This document shows positions 11,945 through 24,591 of a stretch of 64,000 nucleotides of DNA, piece by piece. The stretch is from Paraphysomonas bandaiensis (lineage: Eukaryota; Protista; Chrysophyceae). Each line of letters opens with the position of its first letter. The first letter of the stretch is position 1. The stretch covers positions 1-64,000 of the forward strand of contig CBFFRP010000139.1 in NCBI GenBank assembly GCA_965644295.1, in the 5' to 3' direction. The notes under the pieces were generated by a model. That model worked only from the letters and a program-made list of their open reading frames with translations, ran no database searches and had not been told where the DNA came from. A program made the translations under genes and the position numbers.

Positions 11945-12135
11945 TTTCCCTACTGAATATATCCGACGTTCCTACTGAACTAAAAAGATCATTTATTCCT
12001 ACTAAACCAAAAATGGCAGCTAAGCATCCTACTAAGTTAAAAATTTAATTAATGCTACTAAACTTTAATACAGCTCAACTGCCATTTTTAGTTGAGTAGG
12101 AACATCTGCAATCTGCATAATTTAGTAGGAACAAA
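11945..12135. repeat. Degenerate TIR/foldback relic with CCTACT(G/A)AA subterminal repeats
   Basis: About five direct CCTACTRAA-like units followed by two inverted (TGAGTAGG, TTAGTAGG) units; no TSD found. Confidence 0.45.
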
Positions 12136-13440
12136 TGGTAAATTTAGTTTTTATATTATACTTTTAATAACACAATACTTACTGAAATACGTTAAGAGAG
12201 AAAATACGTAATACGTTAGGGAGAGATATAGTGAAATTGTGATGTTGTAGCACTGTGATTGTGGAGGCACATCAATCACCAACACCATTATTCTATTCTA
12301 TAGCTCCTGTACTGTCAGTTTCTTTCCATACTTTTAATAGCTACTCCTATATTTTAGACCTGTAGATTCTGTAGAGTCTGTACTTCACTGCTACATAGAT
12401 TATAGGACGGCTACTAGCGATAGGCTTTAATATTGGTAGGTTTAAAAATGACACCATTACCGAGGCTCACTAAGCGCTTTACTCAAACAGAATAGCGTAC
12501 TTGACTTGCCAATTACGTATTGATTACAGACATTATATTCTCACACTCCAGATTCGCAAACCCTCGCGACCAAGTCTGGTGATGTTTTGCATGTATTTTC
12601 ATCGCATGGGTTTTTAACCGTTTAACCCCACAAGCTTGGAGGAAACGACCGTAACCGGAGGCATTAGAGAAATAGAACTGATCTCGAATAATTTTATTGT
12701 TCTAGTTGTATTACTTTGGAATAGTCAATCCCTAAATTTGTAGCAGGGCTAGAAAAAAATATATTGTATTCTGTATACAGTATATTTATCTATGTTCCAA
12801 GTTCAACATATCTCTGTTTTGTGAGATTAAAGTCAGTCTCATTGATATCAGAAAGAATGGTTTGCTAAACACAGCAAAAAATGCACTGAGGTCAATTGAA
12901 ATGGAAGGTAATAGTGTCTGTAATCTTTGTGATATCGAGGATACGTACAGTGTGGTATATTTGATTATCTAGTCCACAAGAATATCTATGAAGCTCTGTG
13001 TATGGATTTCACCCTTCTGCCTTGGCCCTAGCTAATCTTGTACGTACCTTATACCTTATTAACCCTAACCCTACCTATGTATATCTTATAGCTATTCTTC
13101 CACCAAATCTAGAAATTAGGATGTATTTTCAGAAAAGGGACTTGGAAAGAGATTCTATTTTCTCGAAAATATGGAATTTTTATTACAAAATACATGGTTT
13201 TTGGCAAGGCTTTTCCTTTTTTAATATTCCATATTTATAGTTTTTCTTGACCGAAAAATTCAGCAAACATTTGTAGGGGAGACTTGAAGACTTCTGTGCC
13301 CAGCTATGCGACAGCAATCAGTCAATATGCATAAGACTGTGGCATAGTAACTAACTTTTAAGGTAGATTATTAAGTGAAACATGATTTGACAGTTCATTA
13401 CAACTTATATCTCTATTCATCTATTAGTACAGTATTAATC

Positions 13441-16400
13441 ATGAGTAACAATAAAGATTATAATGAGAATATCCCAAAATCTGTTCGTGCTGCTATTGTT
13501 GGAAGAGTACGAAGAGCATCTGTTAGTTGTGACTCCGATCGAAAAGCCTCTGTAGGTCTAGTGGATAAAATGGCTTCTCTGGCGTGTCAAGTTGCATTAG
13601 TGGCTCGAATGGGTGACGATGACTCCCTTAGCGATGTTATTGATGATAGGTATACTAAATCACATACAATCATGATAAACTCACGTATGATTATATTCCT
13701 GCAGTGAGCATATTTTGACCAACACGCATGTGTTTTCAATAAAGTCAGAATCTCACCAGTTGAACGGAGACGAGGCCTTTTCTTTCGATATGGCCTTCGA
13801 TGTGAGCAACGTGAAAGTTTTGTACGCTATGTCTTATTTAACTTAGGGATACGATGGTGATACATCGATTAATGCGGGTGTACATTGTCCTGGATCATTT
13901 TTCGAATTTGCCAAATGTTGTGATGATGGAAGGCTACAAATTGACCATGGTAAGTGGACACATTTCTACAGGATGTTTATAACAACTTTGGTGAATATCA
14001 TTTTGTATCGCTGATGCAGCATCTCTTTGATTTGGTTTATTCATGCCGTTTTTTCAGGCGTGTCTGTAAAAATTGGCCACTTGGAGTCTTACGTTTCCGT
14101 AGTAGGAGTGCTAATACTCCATCCCGTCTCTAATGTTGCTGCTGTACTTTCTAGTTTGTTGCCAGGTCCCAATAGTAGTTCGACTGAAAATGATAAAGTC
14201 CCGTCAGCTCGTGGTGTTGTCACTGCAGAGGGAATGACTCCAGGCAATATATACGGCATGTGGAACGAGGATGCTAGCGTATTGTATCTTGTGACTTTGT
14301 GCTACACTGACCCTGACGCTGGAAACGAGAGCTGTATTTACAACGCTGCAACACTAATATCTCTAATATCTTCTTCTTTAATGGTGTATATGCACTCATC
14401 TACTATTGAGTCATCAAACTATTCCATAGAAAAATGTATTCGAAACATTTCACGCTCCGTTGAAGGGGCTGTTAGTTACCTGTCGAAGGTTGATCCCTCA
14501 TCTCACATTATCTCCGCGCACCTCTTTTTTCTTCTTGATGAACCTCTCGACACCACTGCTCTCAATGACTTAGTTCCACGTGTAACTGATCTGATTACTT
14601 CCTTCCATTCGGCCTTTGACGCAGTTGTGCTCCCTGATGCGGAAATGTCAAATGCTCAAGTTACAAAGACTTCACTTTTCCTGGTTGATACCCGACTTGA
14701 TAAATCTACCTCACCGGTTATAACTGGGTGTGCAGAGTCAACGGCAGTAAAATGCTACGATATGTGTACACTTCAAGAAGAAGTTTTAGGGTCGCTTCAG
14801 CACAAGGTCGTATGTTGCAGTGATGTCCAAGGAGAGGCTACAAAATCGATCCCGTCAGATCCCGTTGACAGCCAATCAGAATCAGAGGATGAAGAAGATA
14901 TACCAAATAGTGGTATGTCCTCTGGGTTGACTGGTAGAGCCTTTATGTGCTTTTTGAGCGCACTGTTGATGGCTGTGGAGGCAACATTCCATGATTCCAC
15001 CAATGGGAGTTCGCAGCAGTCAGGGCAAATTGGGTCTATCGCTGGTCAAGTGTCTGAAAAATCTGAAGCCGATGATACAATCAGTGACATCGAATCCACC
15101 CTATCTCCTGAAGTTCTTTCTCGTGTTCTAGAAAAGTACAAAAGTGTAATGCTGCAGAAGTTTTTGGATCCCTCCCATACTCCTCCGACATTATCACTAT
15201 ATGGTGATCAGTATATTGATATATCAAGAGGTGATTCTCAAGAATCACTAGCTGATTGCAACAGTGCCAGGTATAATGTGCGAAAAGTACACCTTTTATA
15301 AGTCAAGTGGTTGTTTTGCTGATATACTATCTACGTATTTGTGCTCCAAGGAATTGCTTATAGTTATTCCCGGTTTTAGCGCAAATATATATAACATGTT
15401 TTATAATTTCCCTTGTAGACTTACTTTCACCCCTTCTGCGTCTGATATCCTACGTCCCGACTTTGATGAAGTCGACGATAAGGTCTCCCAGGAAATTGAA
15501 TCCTTGCACTGCCAGGCCTATGACACCGCAATGCGAACTTACCGCAATTTGTCCTCCGGCAGCACCGACTCTGTCATTTGGGTTGCCTCAGCTCTAGAGA
15601 ATGAGAAGGCCGCGTATTGGAAGCATATTGAAGAGAGGTCATATGTTTATTGTGAGGGGATACTTCGAGACAGTATTGCAGAACTGTCGATGGAAACCTT
15701 TTTTGATACTGGGGAAGCCACAAGCGATTCCGGAAACAAAGAATATTCACAGGCGGAAAAATTAAGCGAGCTACTGCAGGTAGATACTCCCTACTTATCT
15801 TGAATGTGTACTCTTGACAACCTACAGGTGTATTTCCATCGTGCGCGAGGTCCGGCAAAGAGAATTGTGATATCCCGATATTTAGATACTAAGTTACAGA
15901 ATTACCGTGCGGGAGGATTGAAATCTGAAAATGATTCACTGAAAGAGCAGGTTCTGTATAGTGCTGCACATAATATTATGTAATATTTAACCCTGCGTAC
16001 AGATTAAACAGTACCAAATCACGAATAGCACCTTACGTGCGAAAGTAGAAAGCCTGGCTACAGAAAATTCGCAACTACACGAAACGATGGAGGTGCATTG
16101 TATTTGGCAGTTCACATTTTAGTATATTTTTAATGAAGTGTGCACAGGATAAAACTGATAAGGCCCTGGATGCGTGGGCCGCGTTACAGGTAAACACTAG
16201 CTCGTAACGCTTACATATTTGTTAACCCTGAGCTGGCATGCAGGAAAAATATGCTGCGTTAGAGAAGTCTACTCTCCAACTGCAACAAGAAAAACAACAA
16301 CAGAGTCAATATATTGAGAAGTTAAAGGCACATATTGCACAGGTGACTACCACATCTCCTACCTTCATGTAGTTTTTCATTAACTGCGGTTGCATGTAAT

Positions 16401-16872
16401 ACAGGTCGAGAAGGTGAATGCTGCCATGAAACATGGAGTTGAAAAATTGCTACGTGAGGAGGACGAGGAGGATTACAAATCCAGTCGTTCGGGCACAGCA
16501 ACAAATATGACGGGTACGTAGCGTGGGTAGTAAGGTGTCCAGTCGATTGCAATTTCAGCATACGGATGCTGAAGAACATGAATATCAGTGTAGTTTATAT
16601 TGTGTGTATCGAACATGTATACTCAGTGCACCACTGATACCTATGTGTTGTTGACTGCAGGCAATAGTTTTGGTCAGATGTTATCGTTTGCTTTGGCTTG
16701 TGCAACTGGGGGTCCATTAGATCACGATGATGATAGTCTACGATGGGAGCATTCTGCCCAACCAGCACCCACAACCACGAATTGCAATTCTGGTAGGTGT
16801 TGTCAGCATGTCAACTGTAGGTAGGTAATAATTGAGTGCGAAACTATAGGGAAACGTGAGTCGATGGAGTAA
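13441..16872 (+). CDS. Multi-exon protein with a degenerate guanylate-binding-protein (GBP)-like region and C-terminal coiled coil
   Basis: Linked ORFs and GT-AG introns; GNIYGMW, NAATLISLISSSLMVYM and LTGRAFMCFLSALLMAVE echo GBP motifs; heptad-rich exons at 15900-16340; exon structure partly inferred. Confidence 0.5.
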
Positions 16873-18428
16873 CAGCAGATCGATGTATTAGTTCACGAAT
16901 GCGATTTGTATGATGCCTAATTTTACCATATTCGGGTATTGAACTATATTATTGCGAAATATTATGAATAGTGCACCAAGAAATGACAATCATATGTTAT
17001 TACTAAATTCCTTTAATGTCATCAATTAGATACTGGGAAGGTATAAGTATAGTAGTTACTACACATAATCGTAAGCCGTACACTCTACGCGCAGCAGCAA
17101 CCGACACCGAATTTGTTCAGGAAGTTGCAATAATTGAAATTGGGACATGAAATCAAAATTGCAACTAATTGACTCCAGCTTGCTTCAATTAATTGATTAA
17201 AAAATACCACATTTAAATACTCAAAAGTTGTTTATAACGGCATTTTTATTACTATAATTTACGATACTCCAATTTTATGATAAAAATCGAAGATTTGTGA
17301 AAGACTATAATACACATATAGTAGGATTATCTCACATGGTAATTCATTTATTACTTAGCGATATGAGCGATAAACTGGTACCAGCTACGAAAACTCTGAA
17401 GAATGCAAGTAAGCTCCGTCTAGAAAGGTCTTCTCTGAGCATTACCAGGAGGTGAGGCTCCACATTTTCCATGATTGGCCGCTACTTGCTTCTATCTATT
17501 CATTTGAGATCATGCGAGCTCGGTTCCGACGTGTCCAATCTAATACAAAGTGAATTGAAGCACATGCCAATTACGGGAGGAATTGGAATTTTTTCAACAA
17601 CTAGTCTCCATAATATTACTAAAGCTTGACCTCTACGACGTTAGCATAATATTGTATTGTTTGACAAACTTATCATAAGGCGCCAGATTGACGAGCGTCA
17701 TCGGGGCTACAATGATTCATAACGCTGATTTCAATGTGGCAAGGAAGGCACACTAACTCGCATGGAAATGGAGCCAATTAAACTTATTAAATTAAATGCC
17801 GGGAATGTCCTGTAGGAAAAGGTGTTCTGAAGCGAAAGAATATGATAACAGTTTAGAAAGTTGGATGATGGTAGCAGACAGCGGAAGCGAGCACTTCTTA
17901 ATCAGAAAACTCATTACTGTAGCATGAAGCACTTGCAATATGGTTAAAAGGTTGTTCAGTAGAACAAAGATTGTTATAACTGATTTTGACTTCTCGGCAT
18001 TTTGACCCATGAACCGTCGCCTCTGTAATGAAATAATGCAGTTGAGGCAGCTATACTGACAGCTAATGTATTTTAGAATTAAATTATTGAAATTAATTGA
18101 AATTGAGACAGCAAGAAGTAATAGTTGCAATACTAATCGACTACAACTCCTGAGACATTGATACGCTGCCCTCTGGTTACCAGGCTTTGTTTTATATTCA
18201 CTGGCAATTGTTGTCAATTAATAGGATTGGTTTTTGAATCTGTGAAATAAATGCAATATTATTATTATATGTATGTTGTCATTACCATTAACAGTTACGA
18301 GGCCCTAAAAGTTGAAGCTGTATTGCTACTGTTAATAAAGGTACTATACCATTATCGGTTAGAACAGAAGAACAAAATTGTAAGTGAAAACTGTCACTAT
18401 TTATAATTGTGAGACAGTATATAACTAA

Positions 18429-18548
18429 CAGGGTCTCGTAACGTTAATGGTAATGGCATTAATGGTCATTAACGGTAATTCCATTATAATTGCCGGGGCA
18501 TTTTTCATTGATGCCATTATAATTGCCGGGCATTGGACTACCATTAAT
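18429..18548. mobile_element. Degenerate hAT-type MITE copy
   Basis: CAGGGTCTCGTAAC start and two CCATTATAATTGCCGGG units, as in 31705-31836. Confidence 0.75.
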
Positions 18549-18779
18549 ATATTGGTACTTGATATAAAAGTGCTTTATGATATAATATCTCCTCTATACT
18601 CTGAAGAAACTCTATACAATTTTAAACAATATTCATGCAACTATGCAGCTACTTTGTGGCAAACTTAATGCTATAAGGATTAGAAAATAGTTTCCTGAGC
18701 AACAATATTATAACAACATCGTTACTGGCTAACGGACCTGGAATATAAAATGGTTAGCATATACTTTACGAATAAGACT

Positions 18780-19238
18780 CCCTCAACAAAGTCGGAGTCG
18801 TGGTGTTCTGGAGAATCAGTACCGGGAAACTAACGTAAGCCGCAAACAGATATCATAGCCGGATGCTTGTGTGGTACATGGTACAAGGGACAATATAAGT
18901 GTCACTTCTCCTGTAGACGTCTTTGGGCCTTCTTGACGAATAAACAGGCATCCGCAGCAGGGCTCACCTGAAGGGTAACCGGGGTATTGGGCTGCCTGCT
19001 GAAGTCAAGCATCCGGGATGTTCACCTTAATGACTCAGAAAACCTGAAGTTGGCAGATATCAGGTATATCAAATATCAACATTCTGCTTGCTCATGTCAT
19101 TCACCGTAGCGTTAAATAGTAGGATAATAGAGTTTGTACTAGTTAGGAAATGGTAGATACTTGTCTAGCTTGACTAGTTTGTCTATCTAGCTACTATACT
19201 GGTGCTGATTCTTAACGCCTATTGTTAATAATACGACT
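18780..19238 (-). repeat. Repeat family A, long copy
   Basis: Colinear with 60021-60090 plus 60365-60737; shares blocks with 38170-38330 and 43763-43970 (GGGCTGCCTGCTGAAGT, ATCAACATTCTGCTTGCTCAT, CTGATTCTTAAC). Confidence 0.8.
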
Positions 19239-19352
19239 TTCAAGAATAGATGCATGGGCTTATGACGAGTTTCCTTATAGTAACTCGTGATTAAATATTA
19301 CTACAAATTAAATCATTTCTACAGACTACAGAATTACGGCTTATATTTCAGC

Positions 19353-19636
19353 TATTGGAAATTGCTCATTTTAAGCTAGATCACAGAGAGAATTTGTCGT
19401 AACACTAGATAGATTTATTAATATTGTTTACACGAAGTTGTGATAACCAACACTAACTCATTTTAATCTACGCATAATATCCTACATATGCGAACCTCTC
19501 GTTACTGAACATATCTTGAAATATCAAACTATTTCAGTTCCTCAATATCATCATAGCATTTGTACATCACTATATTCTCGTACATTGTCTTCAAGTGACA
19601 TACTGAATATACTAGAATAAGATCCATATTCTATTA
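19353..19636 (-). mobile_element. Solo LTR of the Copia family at 31850-37357
   Basis: 284 bp, end-to-end similar to the 294-bp LTRs (10 bp shorter plus scattered substitutions); perfect 5-bp TSD TCAGC at 19348-19352 and 19637-19641. Confidence 0.93.
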
Positions 19637-19971
19637 TCAGCTAGGCTTTACAGGTTTACAGGACAATCGCGGATACTACTTTCACTACATCATTGCTACA
19701 CAAATAGAAGTGTTGACAGATAACTCATTGCGTTGTAAATAATCTACCCAGTATAAGTGTACATATATCAGATTAACTGGCGCGTGCTGCACTATGTTAA
19801 TACTACCACTTTGTAAGGTATTCCGAAGTGATGCGTACGAAAGCTCTACTCTACTTACCCTGCCAAAACAAATACCCAGTACGAGATGTAGATATACATT
19901 TCGGAATAGTTCAAGGCCAAATCTTAGTCAGATCCGAATAATATTATTACCGCAATATACACCGTCAATGT

Positions 19972-20620
19972 CTAAGCAGTAAGAAGGCAAGCACCCCCGG
20001 CGTTCTTGATCTTCTTCTCGGCCTGTACAACAAACAATCACGAGGGCAAACAGCTGATTCTTGTTGTTACCTCCTTGGTAAAATATTTAGCCTTAACCAC
20101 AATGGGAATGGAAGGAAGAGCACCCTTTCCGAGCACCTTGAAGTATCCCTGAACTAGAATTACATCTTACATACCAACATGAAAACACTAACCAGTTTCG
20201 TGACATCGATAATTGGGGCAGTGTTGGAGGTTGATGCTTTAGCTTGTTCGTAAACTCCCTCAGGCATCATACTCCACAGTCTATCAATGTTAATTCCACG
20301 GCAAAAATCGGGGTTTCCTTTGTAGTGGAACCTTCTCATACCGACCTATGAGCATATATCACACATCGTCCACATAAGATGAAAACTATAACACCTTTCC
20401 GAAATAACCAGGGTGAAACTTATCCATCAAGATACGGTGATGATGTTGACCACCGGCATTACCACGACCACCAGGATGGCAACGATGTTTGCCAATTCTA
20501 CCATGTCCAGCTGAGACGTGGCCCCTCTTCTTTCTGTTCTTATGCAAAGTGGTCGGCTATAAATAACAAGGCAGTAGAAATTAATCTCCTAATAGAAAGT
20601 TCCTCCAATACACTTACCAT
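19972..20620 (-). CDS. RPL27A: 60S ribosomal protein L27a (uL15), spliced
   Basis: ATG then intron; exons give [48 protein letters not shown]...YFKVLGKG...[16 protein letters not shown]. Confidence 0.97.
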
Positions 20621-21031
20621 TATGAAATATTCGGTCTGACTGTCAGACGATTCTTAATAACTAATGCAAGAATGGTACACATATCAGACTCATACATACA
20701 CCTACATACATACATATAATTGTAGGAGCATTTCTCTCCTCCACTCCACAACACACTGAATTCACCTTGAAAAGTCACAGAATTTTCAGTTTTTTGTTTT
20801 GAATGTATAGTAAAAATAACGGTGACAGTGTACCGTACCCGTATATATGGTGGTATACCGGGCGGTATACATAGGACGGGATCAGCTGGTCAGGTTGGTA
20901 TGTACTCAGGCTATTATGGTAATCCTCATTTACCAACCTCTGCTCCATTCACGTGTGAAGGAGTATTGATTATATTATTAGACTCGAAGGAGTTCTGTAT
21001 ATCTATTGCTGTTGCTGATTGATTCCACAGC

Positions 21032-21955
21032 ATGGGTAGTTCCCTCTTTCATGTATTCATAGTAATCTCGCTATGGCATATCTTCCCTTCATTCTCTGTC
21101 GGTCACAACACCACACGACGAATAACGAATATACCTGATATTACCGCTGCTGATTGTGAAAAGTATTCTGCACGGACTGTTGTGCCCACTCATCTGCAGA
21201 AGGTGCCACCGATGTTGTGGACATTCCCTGGAAGCGGGAGTGGATGGGTTAGACTACTCATTGAGCACGCCACAGGCTACCTCTCAGGATCTGTTTATGG
21301 TGACCTGTCTCTCGTTCCTGCCCTACCTGGAGAATTTTTGTGCAATAAAGAAGTGTCAATTATAAAAGCTCATCCAACAACGCACGACTTTTCTATTGTA
21401 GAGAGAGGAAATCTCGGACATCGATGTAGAATTCATCATTTCAACAAGGCTGTTATGGTAGTTCGTAATCCATACGACGCAATCTGGAGTGATCATAACC
21501 GAAAAATAACAAGGAGTCATGTAGGGAAGATTTTGGAGAAAGACTTTGACAGGAAGGCGTGGTTCTTGAATGCTAATCGGCTCGCTCGGAAGTACAAAGC
21601 AATGTGGACGGACTCGTACACTCCTTTCATGCGACGATATCCGAACGGTTATATCATTGTCAAATACGAAGATTTAATTCATCCTGAATACCAGTTAGCT
21701 GAGCTAAAAAAGATAATGGACTTCATGGGTTACGATATCTCTGACAAACGAATGCAATGTGCATTTTTCCTTGCCAACAACCCCACTGTTAAACGACCTC
21801 GTCATACCACGGATAAAGTCATGAGTAAAAGTGATGCATACAGTCGTAGTTTGGTGTGCAATCATATATGGCCGCTTGTGAGGGAAAGTTGTGCGAAGTA
21901 TAACTATCAGCCTTACAATAACATGAACTGCAACTCATCTGCCCGATCTAGTTGA
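21032..21955 (+). CDS. Secretory-pathway sulfotransferase (WSCD-like family)
   Basis: Signal peptide; 5'-PSB loop TFPGSGSGWVRLLIE, IKAH, 3'-PB VVRNPYDAIWS, VKYEDL. Confidence 0.85.
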   Translation: MGSSLFHVFIVISLWHIFPSFSVGHNTTRRITNIPDITAADCEKYSARTVVPTHLQKVPPMLWTFPGSGSGWVRLLIEHATGYLSGSVYGDLSLVPALPGEFLCNKEVSIIKAHPTTHDFSIVERGNLGHRCRIHHFNKAVMVVRNPYDAIWSDHNRKITRSHVGKILEKDFDRKAWFLNANRLARKYKAMWTDSYTPFMRRYPNGYIIVKYEDLIHPEYQLAELKKIMDFMGYDISDKRMQCAFFLANNPTVKRPRHTTDKVMSKSDAYSRSLVCNHIWPLVRESCAKYNYQPYNNMNCNSSARSS

Positions 21956-22554
21956 TGACAGATATGCATCTAAACCATAATGAAAGTACACTGTTCGTTT
22001 GCCATCTATTAGTGTCAGTGCACATTTGTTATAATAAGTAGCAACGTCTCTTCGATTTGGGGGGAGTTAGTTTATAGTTTATAGGAACTGTCATTTCAAA
22101 ATGAAGTATGATCGATCGATCGTGCATGACGTACAGTAGAGTATTAACTCATAAAAAACTAGAAAAATAGTGGAGTCCGTCAGGGCTGCGTATCACTTAA
22201 TTGACACTGTCCGCAAATGTTAAATTATATGTGCAAGTTGTAGCACGCATTCGTGGGATATGTTCGTTTATTCAAGACTTATAGCTTATCCTAGTAAATT
22301 TACTCTATACTAATATTCTGAGTCTTGTTTCTCATGGAATTGCTTGTGACAATAAATATATAGTATATAGTTATGTACTTGGAAAACACGATACTCGTTG
22401 TCTTTTTTCAGTTAATTTTATGTGCTATATTATGAGCTTTATGACAAATCTATATCCTGTGTTCAAAATACGAGAGAGTGTTGTGTTTTTTACTCTACCA
22501 CTAACTTGTAATGCATTTGTGGCAAGTGAAATCAGCTGGTGCATTAGTACTTTT

Positions 22555-22730
22555 CAGGGCCTGGTAAACAATATATAGAAGCCACTAGCAAATACTAGCC
22601 AAAGGGCCAGGTAACCATTAATGGTAATACCTTTATAATTGCCGGGACATTTTTCATTAATGCCATTATAATTGCCGAGAACTGGAGTACCATTAATGGG
22701 CCATTAATGGTTACCAGCTACCAGGCCCTG
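22555..22730. mobile_element. hAT-type MITE carrying a 42-bp insert copied from the neighbouring gene
   Basis: TIRs CAGGGCCTGGTA / TACCAGGCCCTG; flanks GTACTTTT and GTAGGTTT (6/8, degenerate TSD). Confidence 0.85.
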
Positions 22731-22788
22731 GTAGGTTTTACTAATAATCGTTAACTATAGAAGACAGCTATTAACTATTAATTACAAT

Positions 22789-24266
22789 CTAGTCTGATTT
22801 CTTTGCTTTTTCCTCTAACGCTTTTTGATATTTCGCTTCGATACGTTCTCGTCTCTTCATCTCTCGCTCAAACAATATATAGAAGCCACTAGCAAATACT
22901 AGCCAAAGGGCAAAAAGACAGGGAACGAAAATAACTACAAACAGATATAACGCGTTGCAAAACAGAAATAATACTTTCTTGTAACTCTCTTCTTCTCCGT
23001 TAACAGGTGTACATTTAGTATGATTACCAAGGTGCTTATAGGATTCATCTGTGCTTATTGGCAACTCATCCAAAAGTGGGACAGCTTTGTGGATAACTGA
23101 CAAACCCTCGTGGTTATAGATATCGACAGCGATGTGAGGAGTCGCTGTTTCCAGTTGCACATTTATCATTCCAAAGTGAACACCCTTATACTGGTCTTTA
23201 AATCGGTTCTCCCGGTAAGGGGCAGGGTAAGTTGCCTGTGGTCTATCAGTTACAATACTATACGGAATTGACAAACAGCAAGCTACATCACCTGATACAT
23301 GTTAAAAAGGGAATTTATCAGGTTACCGCGGCTCACGATCATCTTTTCACCATTATTGCTGGAAAGATAAGATATAAAAGTATGGGACAGTCCACTGCTC
23401 GTGAACTCCCAGAGACGACGCTGCCGCCCCGTTCCTCCAGATAAGCATGTTGCCTGGGAAACTTCGGCCATATGAACGTCTCCAGACAGCAAAACTACAT
23501 TTGAGCAAGGAGAAGACCCAATCACATCCAATAGACGTGAGCGACTCTCAGGAAAATCAGACCAGGATTCTTCAACGATTTTTTGGGTGGGAAGTGCCTG
23601 AATGGAGGACCCTACAATGATGAGATGTGCGCTGTGGTCCTGCATTTGCTCCTCAAACCACTTCCACTGAGCTTCACCAAGGAAGTCACCATGAGCAGTA
23701 TGTTTAGGGTCTTTGAAGTAACGAGTGTCTAGCATAACTATCTTAACTTTGAAAGTATCATTGTTACGATTGGGTATAAAAATATCTTTGGACGAGTATA
23801 CCCCTCCACGGCGCCGAAGACTGTCCATATCTTCCTCGGAGACGTGAAAAAACTGTAGGAAGTGCTCAAGACTCTCGTTACGGTAGGGGAATGTATTATC
23901 ACCATTGTTAATACCATAATCATGATCGTCCCACGTAGCAAATATACGGTCCCAACCGCCAAGTTTATTCAGGACAAGATTCCAGTCACTGTCGTCCTGA
24001 AATATTTCATACTGACTTCGTATTCTCTCCGGAGTTGCACCAGTAAAGTGTCCAAATTTTCCTTTCACATCTGTATATATATTGTCGCCTAGCAATATCA
24101 GGTAATTGGGGTCTTTAGCGGCTAATTCGTTCCAAAGAGCTCCTTTCCCTTCTTTTTGAGAACTACATGAACCAAATGCAATCCGTGTAGCTAGGATACT
24201 CGAAGATAAAAACACAGTAATGATAGTAAGGAAAAGATATACAGTAATTGATCTCGACATAGTCAT
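22789..24266 (-). CDS. phoD: PhoD-family alkaline phosphatase with signal peptide and C-terminal transmembrane helix (1 intron)
   Basis: IAFGSC, LLGDNIYTD, TWDDHDYG, LDTRY, LSGDVH and EFTSSGLSH motifs; splice MYQ/ATYP; hydrophobic segment near the C-terminus. Confidence 0.92.
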
Positions 24267-24591
24267 CTACTATGACATACTCGATTATTAACAGACAGCA
24301 CAGCCGTAAAGTGAACGGCTTGATTGTATCTCACGGTGTATGGTATACTGCTGTTGCAGTGTACATATACAGCAGCATGGTGTATATGGAGTATATGTAC
24401 CTGTATTTTCTTTCGAATTCTGTACACGCAACTACATCGTAAAATACTGACAAGGTTTGTATACAGCAGCAGCAGCAGCACATACAGGAGGAGTACATGA
24501 AATGAAGTGCAATGCAGGACTCTATGCAGAGGCCATACACACATATCATAATCATCGTCAAGTAGACATATTTGCTGAACTTAGTAAAAGA

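Noticed and set aside
12480-12670. Possible structured ncRNA
   Set aside because: No tRNA, snRNA or snoRNA hallmark recognisable; needs an Rfam scan
13058-13076. AACCCTAACCCTA telomere-like motif
   Set aside because: Only two units; expected by chance
17050-18250. Possible decayed hAT-like element with AATTG-rich ends, and ORF 17792-18217
   Set aside because: Could not define TIRs, TSD or transposase motifs
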